From Bacteroidota bacterium (GTDB lineage Bacteria; Bacteroidota; Bacteroidia; AKYH767-A; 2013-40CM-41-45), in NCBI GenBank assembly GCA_016720655.1, contig JADKKE010000007.1, forward strand, positions 104,385 through 168,384: a stretch of 64,000 bases of DNA, given 5' to 3'. Both the position numbers and the translations under genes were made by a program. This document shows, piece after piece, positions 60,986 through 64,000 of this stretch. Positions within the stretch are counted from its first letter, which is position 1. The number at the start of each line of letters is the position of its first letter. The notes below the pieces were generated by a model that was not told the origin of the DNA, did not search any database, and was given only the letters and a program-made list of their open reading frames with translations.

Positions 60986-62170
60986 CTATTTCCCAACCAG
61001 CTTTCTCCTTTTCTTCTCCATCATCAGCAACGAAAGTTCTCGTCCCATTTGTCCGGCAGCGGAAGTGTTTTCCTGTGCTCTGCGAATGAGATAAGGTAGA
61101 ACGGATGTAACCGGACCGTACGGAACATATTTGCTCACATTGTATCCTTTCTTCGACAGATTGTATGAAATGTGATCACTCATCCCATACAATTGAGAGA
61201 ACCAGATATTGGGATGATTGTGTGGTAATTTTTTTTCTTCCATCAATGCAACGAGGTTCAGACAGCTTTGCTCATTGTGTGTTCCGGCGCATACAGCCAT
61301 ACGGTCGATGTGATCTACACAAAATTTTACGGAAGCATCATAATCTCTGTCGGAAGCTGCTTTATCGGCTTGGATAGGGGACGGGTATCCCATTTTTTTT
61401 GCGCGTTCCCGCTCTTTTTCCATATATGCGCCACGAACAATTTTAAAACCGGTATGGTAATTATTCGCAAGAGCATGCTGGTATTCTGCTTTCAAAAAAT
61501 CTAGTCTGTCGGTGCGGTACATTTGGATGGTGTTGTAGACCATCACCTTTTCTTTATTGTACTTCATCATCATTTCCCTGACTACATCATCCACTGCATC
61601 CTGGATCCAGGTTTCTTCAGCATCAACATAAATCGGCACATTGTTTTCAAAACCGGTTTTACAAATCGTATTCACACGGTTTTTGAAACGATCAAATTCT
61701 TCCTGTTCGGCAGTAGTCAATTCCTTGCCTGCATTTTTCTTTTCCAGCAATGCAAAACGAACAAAACCGGATGGTTTGAAAACAGAGAAGGGAATTCCTG
61801 AATCGCCCTTCGCACGTTGAACTGTTGCAAGTGTTTGTTTTAAACCCAAATCAAAATCTACTTCGGACTCTTTTCCTTCTACGGAATAATCGAGAATGGT
61901 ACCGATATGATATTTCGAAAGACTTTCAATTGTGCGCTGACAATCATCGATGGATTCCCCGCCACAGAAATGCCGGAAAATCGTAGCCTTGATAATGCCT
62001 TTTATCGGGAGATGTGCCCAGATGGCGAAGTTTACAAATGGCGGGCTCATCCTGACCAGCCAATTGTAACTGATCATTTTAAAAAGATAAACCGCACGGT
62101 TCAGATCAGCAGACGATTTGGAAATGAATGCTGTTTCTGTGTCATCAAAGGAGATCAGTTGATTCTTCAT
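60986..62170 (-). CDS. Proline dehydrogenase family protein
   Basis: 394 aa. Monofunctional PutA-like TIM barrel: ...VDAEETWIQDAVD..., FSQLYGMSDHISYNL, YVPYGP...YLIRRAQENTS. Confidence 0.85.
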   Translation of the reverse strand: MKNQLISFDDTETAFISKSSADLNRAVYLFKMISYNWLVRMSPPFVNFAIWAHLPIKGIIKATIFRHFCGGESIDDCQRTIESLSKYHIGTILDYSVEGKESEVDFDLGLKQTLATVQRAKGDSGIPFSVFKPSGFVRFALLEKKNAGKELTTAEQEEFDRFKNRVNTICKTGFENNVPIYVDAEETWIQDAVDDVVREMMMKYNKEKVMVYNTIQMYRTDRLDFLKAEYQHALANNYHTGFKIVRGAYMEKERERAKKMGYPSPIQADKAASDRDYDASVKFCVDHIDRMAVCAGTHNEQSCLNLVALMEEKKLPHNHPNIWFSQLYGMSDHISYNLSKKGYNVSKYVPYGPVTSVLPYLIRRAQENTSAAGQMGRELSLLMMEKKRRKLVGK

Positions 62171-62327
62171 ATTTTATGGGGAACAAACGTAATTCATTCC
62201 GCCCGAACGGCAAAGATCAAAAATCATGTGAGGTATCCACTTCCTATGACACTTGTTAGGGTTTGATTATCAAGAAAATACAAAAGTCATATTCGGTACT
62301 CCCCGAGAATCTTATCTTTGTACAAAT

Positions 62328-63440
62328 ATGAAAAGAGCCGAAATTAAAAGCTTGTCATTGGAGGAATGGAACTTAGGTTTTTCACACCCCTTGATTATCG
62401 CGGGACCTTGTGGAGTTGAATCTGAAGATCAGATTCACAAAGTTGCTCATGAATTAAAGGGAAGCAAGGTTCAATTGATGCGTGGCGGAATCTGGAAACC
62501 AAGAACACGACCGGATTCATTTCAGGGAATAGGTAAAGATGGACTGCGTTGGTTGAAGGAGGCCGGTTTTGAAAATAATCTTCCTGTTACAGTTGAGGTT
62601 GCTCATCCACGACATGTTGAAGAAGCTGTTGCAACAGGAATTGATGTCTTGTGGATTGGAGCCAGAACTACTGTGAATCCTTTTTTGGTTCAAGAAATCG
62701 CAGATGCATTAAAAGGTATAGATATTCCGGTGATGGTTAAAAATCCCATCAATCCTGATCTTGAATTGTGGATTGGTGCATTGGAGCGATTATCCAGAGC
62801 AGGAATCACAAAACTTGCAGCCATTCATCGGGGATTTTCTTCTTCTGAAAAATCTCGCTACAGAAATGTTCCGCAATGGCAAATTCCAATTGAACTGAAA
62901 CGGAGACTTCCTGCAATGCCTTTGATTTGCGACCCAAGTCATATTTCAGGAAATCGAAATCTTATTTCAAGTATTTCACAAACAGCGCTGGACCTGAATT
63001 ACGATGGACTTATGATTGAAGTTCATACTGATCCGGATCATGCTTTGAGTGATCGCGAACAACAACTTACTCCGGAAGCGTTTTTAAAAATTCTTGAAGA
63101 ATTGATAGTACGCCAGCCGCTGGTGGATGATGTTATTTTTCTGAGTTTGCTCGAAGAGTTGCATGACCGGATCGACAAGATTGATGAAGAAATTCTTGTG
63201 CTCATGGCAGAAAGAATGCGTGTTGCTCGTGAAATAGGTCAGTACAAGAAAGAAAACAACATGACCATCCTCCAGGTGGAACGCTGGACTGAAATTCTGC
63301 GAACCCGACTGCAATCCGGATTAACAAAGGAATTAAGCAACGAGTTTATCGTACGCCTTTATGAATTGATTCACCAGGAGTCGATCGAACATCAGACACA
63401 AGTGATGAACACAACCGAATCAACAGATCATTCTCAATAA
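62328..63440 (+). CDS. Bifunctional DAHP synthase (AroA(I-beta)-type) / chorismate mutase
   Basis: N-terminal DAHP synthase (IIAGPCGVES...RGGIWKPRTRPDSFQG...ICDPSH) and C-terminal chorismate mutase type II (RIDKIDEEILVLMAERMRVAREIGQYK). The ATG is at 62328; the ORF opens at TTG 62253. Confidence 0.88.
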   Translation: MKRAEIKSLSLEEWNLGFSHPLIIAGPCGVESEDQIHKVAHELKGSKVQLMRGGIWKPRTRPDSFQGIGKDGLRWLKEAGFENNLPVTVEVAHPRHVEEAVATGIDVLWIGARTTVNPFLVQEIADALKGIDIPVMVKNPINPDLELWIGALERLSRAGITKLAAIHRGFSSSEKSRYRNVPQWQIPIELKRRLPAMPLICDPSHISGNRNLISSISQTALDLNYDGLMIEVHTDPDHALSDREQQLTPEAFLKILEELIVRQPLVDDVIFLSLLEELHDRIDKIDEEILVLMAERMRVAREIGQYKKENNMTILQVERWTEILRTRLQSGLTKELSNEFIVRLYELIHQESIEHQTQVMNTTESTDHSQ

Positions 63441-63446
63441 TTTTTC

Positions 63447-64000
63447 ATGCACGTCATCAATCAAAATCATTCATCAGAAGTCATTCTTGGAGATGATGTT
63501 TTTTCGACGCTGGAACAATTTTTATCGCGCCAACATCGGGCATATACTGTATTTATCCTTGTTGACGAGAACACAGAAAAATTGTGTCTGTCATTATTCC
63601 TGAGTTGCATCCCATCGCTGAAAAATGCGATCCTGTTAAAGATCCACTCCGGCGAACAAAATAAAAACCTGGCAAGTTGTGAGAGTTTATGGAATCAACT
63701 TTCCCAACACAATGCAGACCGCCATTCTTTGCTCATCAATCTTGGTGGTGGAATGATCGGTGATGTGGGAGGCTTTGTCGCTGCAACGTTTATGCGCGGG
63801 ATTTCATTCGTGAATGTTCCTACAACTTTGCTTGCAATGGTTGATGCTTCTTCCGGTGGAAAGAACGGAATTAATCTTTCCGGACTAAAAAACCAGGTGG
63901 GTACCTTTACAAACCCTTTGGCAGTTTGCATTTCACCGCTTTTCCTGAAAACGTTGCCACCGCGTGATATTCGTGCCGGTTTCGGAGAATTAATAAAGCA
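63447..64000 (+). CDS. aroB: 3-dehydroquinate synthase (3' end cut by window edge)
   Basis: Hand translation from the ATG at 63447: MHVINQNHSSEVILGDD...LINLGGGMIGDVGGFVAATFMRGISFVNVPTTLLAMVDASSGGKNGINL. The frame is open to the window end and is absent from the ORF track. Confidence 0.88.
   Translation, partial: MHVINQNHSSEVILGDDVFSTLEQFLSRQHRAYTVFILVDENTEKLCLSLFLSCIPSLKNAILLKIHSGEQNKNLASCESLWNQLSQHNADRHSLLINLGGGMIGDVGGFVAATFMRGISFVNVPTTLLAMVDASSGGKNGINLSGLKNQVGTFTNPLAVCISPLFLKTLPPRDIRAGFGELIK

Noticed and set aside
62313-62320. TATCTTTG -7-like box only 7 nt upstream of the DAHP synthase ATG.
   Set aside because: It would imply an essentially leaderless mRNA. The motif is short and AT-rich, so a chance match is likely and I cannot support it.
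1-64000. Search for CRISPR arrays, IS elements/transposases, integrases, rRNA genes and toxin-antitoxin pairs.
   Set aside because: I saw no regularly spaced direct repeats, no DDE/tyrosine-recombinase-like ORFs and no rRNA-like sequence. Absence is judged by eye only.

Overview
This 64-kb window is chromosomal DNA from a Bacteroidota bacterium that has a type IX secretion system (T9SS). The lineage markers are a fused LpxC/FabZ, a PorX-type regulator, several T9SS C-terminal sorting domains, DUF3467 downstream of rpoC, and TAnnTTTG -7 boxes.

Layout:
- 1-13.3 kb: the conserved block tuf / tRNA-Trp / secE / nusG / rplK-rplA-rplJ-rplL / rpoB / rpoC / DUF3467.
- 13.7-35.6 kb: mixed housekeeping genes. 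These are a TMEM175-like channel, glutathione peroxidase, a patatin/Omp85-like protein, a BtuF-like binding protein, cystathionine beta-synthase, a LolE-like permease, NamZ/DUF1343, an M43 protease, an aminotransferase, three tandem DUF1573 genes, tRNA-Gly, porX, an HD hydrolase, an alpha/beta hydrolase, an outer-membrane receptor and lpxD.
- 35.6-55.9 kb: a roughly 20-kb accessory block of secreted and envelope proteins lying between lpxD and lpxC/fabZ-lpxA.
- 56.2-64 kb: lpxC/fabZ, lpxA, an ABC ATPase, tsaE, an alanine-dehydrogenase-like gene, proline dehydrogenase, DAHP synthase/chorismate mutase and the start of aroB.

Best candidate for an undescribed system: the accessory block holds two giant T9SS cargo proteins (Reeler-like + SprB repeats; GEVED/PKD). 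They are followed by two convergent operons of eight uncharacterised signal-peptide proteins, at 42.9-51.1 kb (+) and 51.2-55.9 kb (-). These eight are an outer-membrane beta-barrel with thrombospondin type-3 repeats, a double-PKD protein, a 215-aa orphan, an SH3-like/vWA protein, a MacB-type fused ABC ATPase-FtsX permease, a 925-aa TPR protein and two more orphans. Several of them appear to share a recurrent alpha+beta module.

Second notable observation: at least 11 single-base indels, mostly in short homopolymer runs, break nine genes (eight mid-gene, one in its 3' tail). None is in the core translation/transcription or lpx genes.

Limits: I found no rRNA, CRISPR array, transposase or integrase. 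All calls come from reading the translations and sequence by eye. No database or HMM search was possible.
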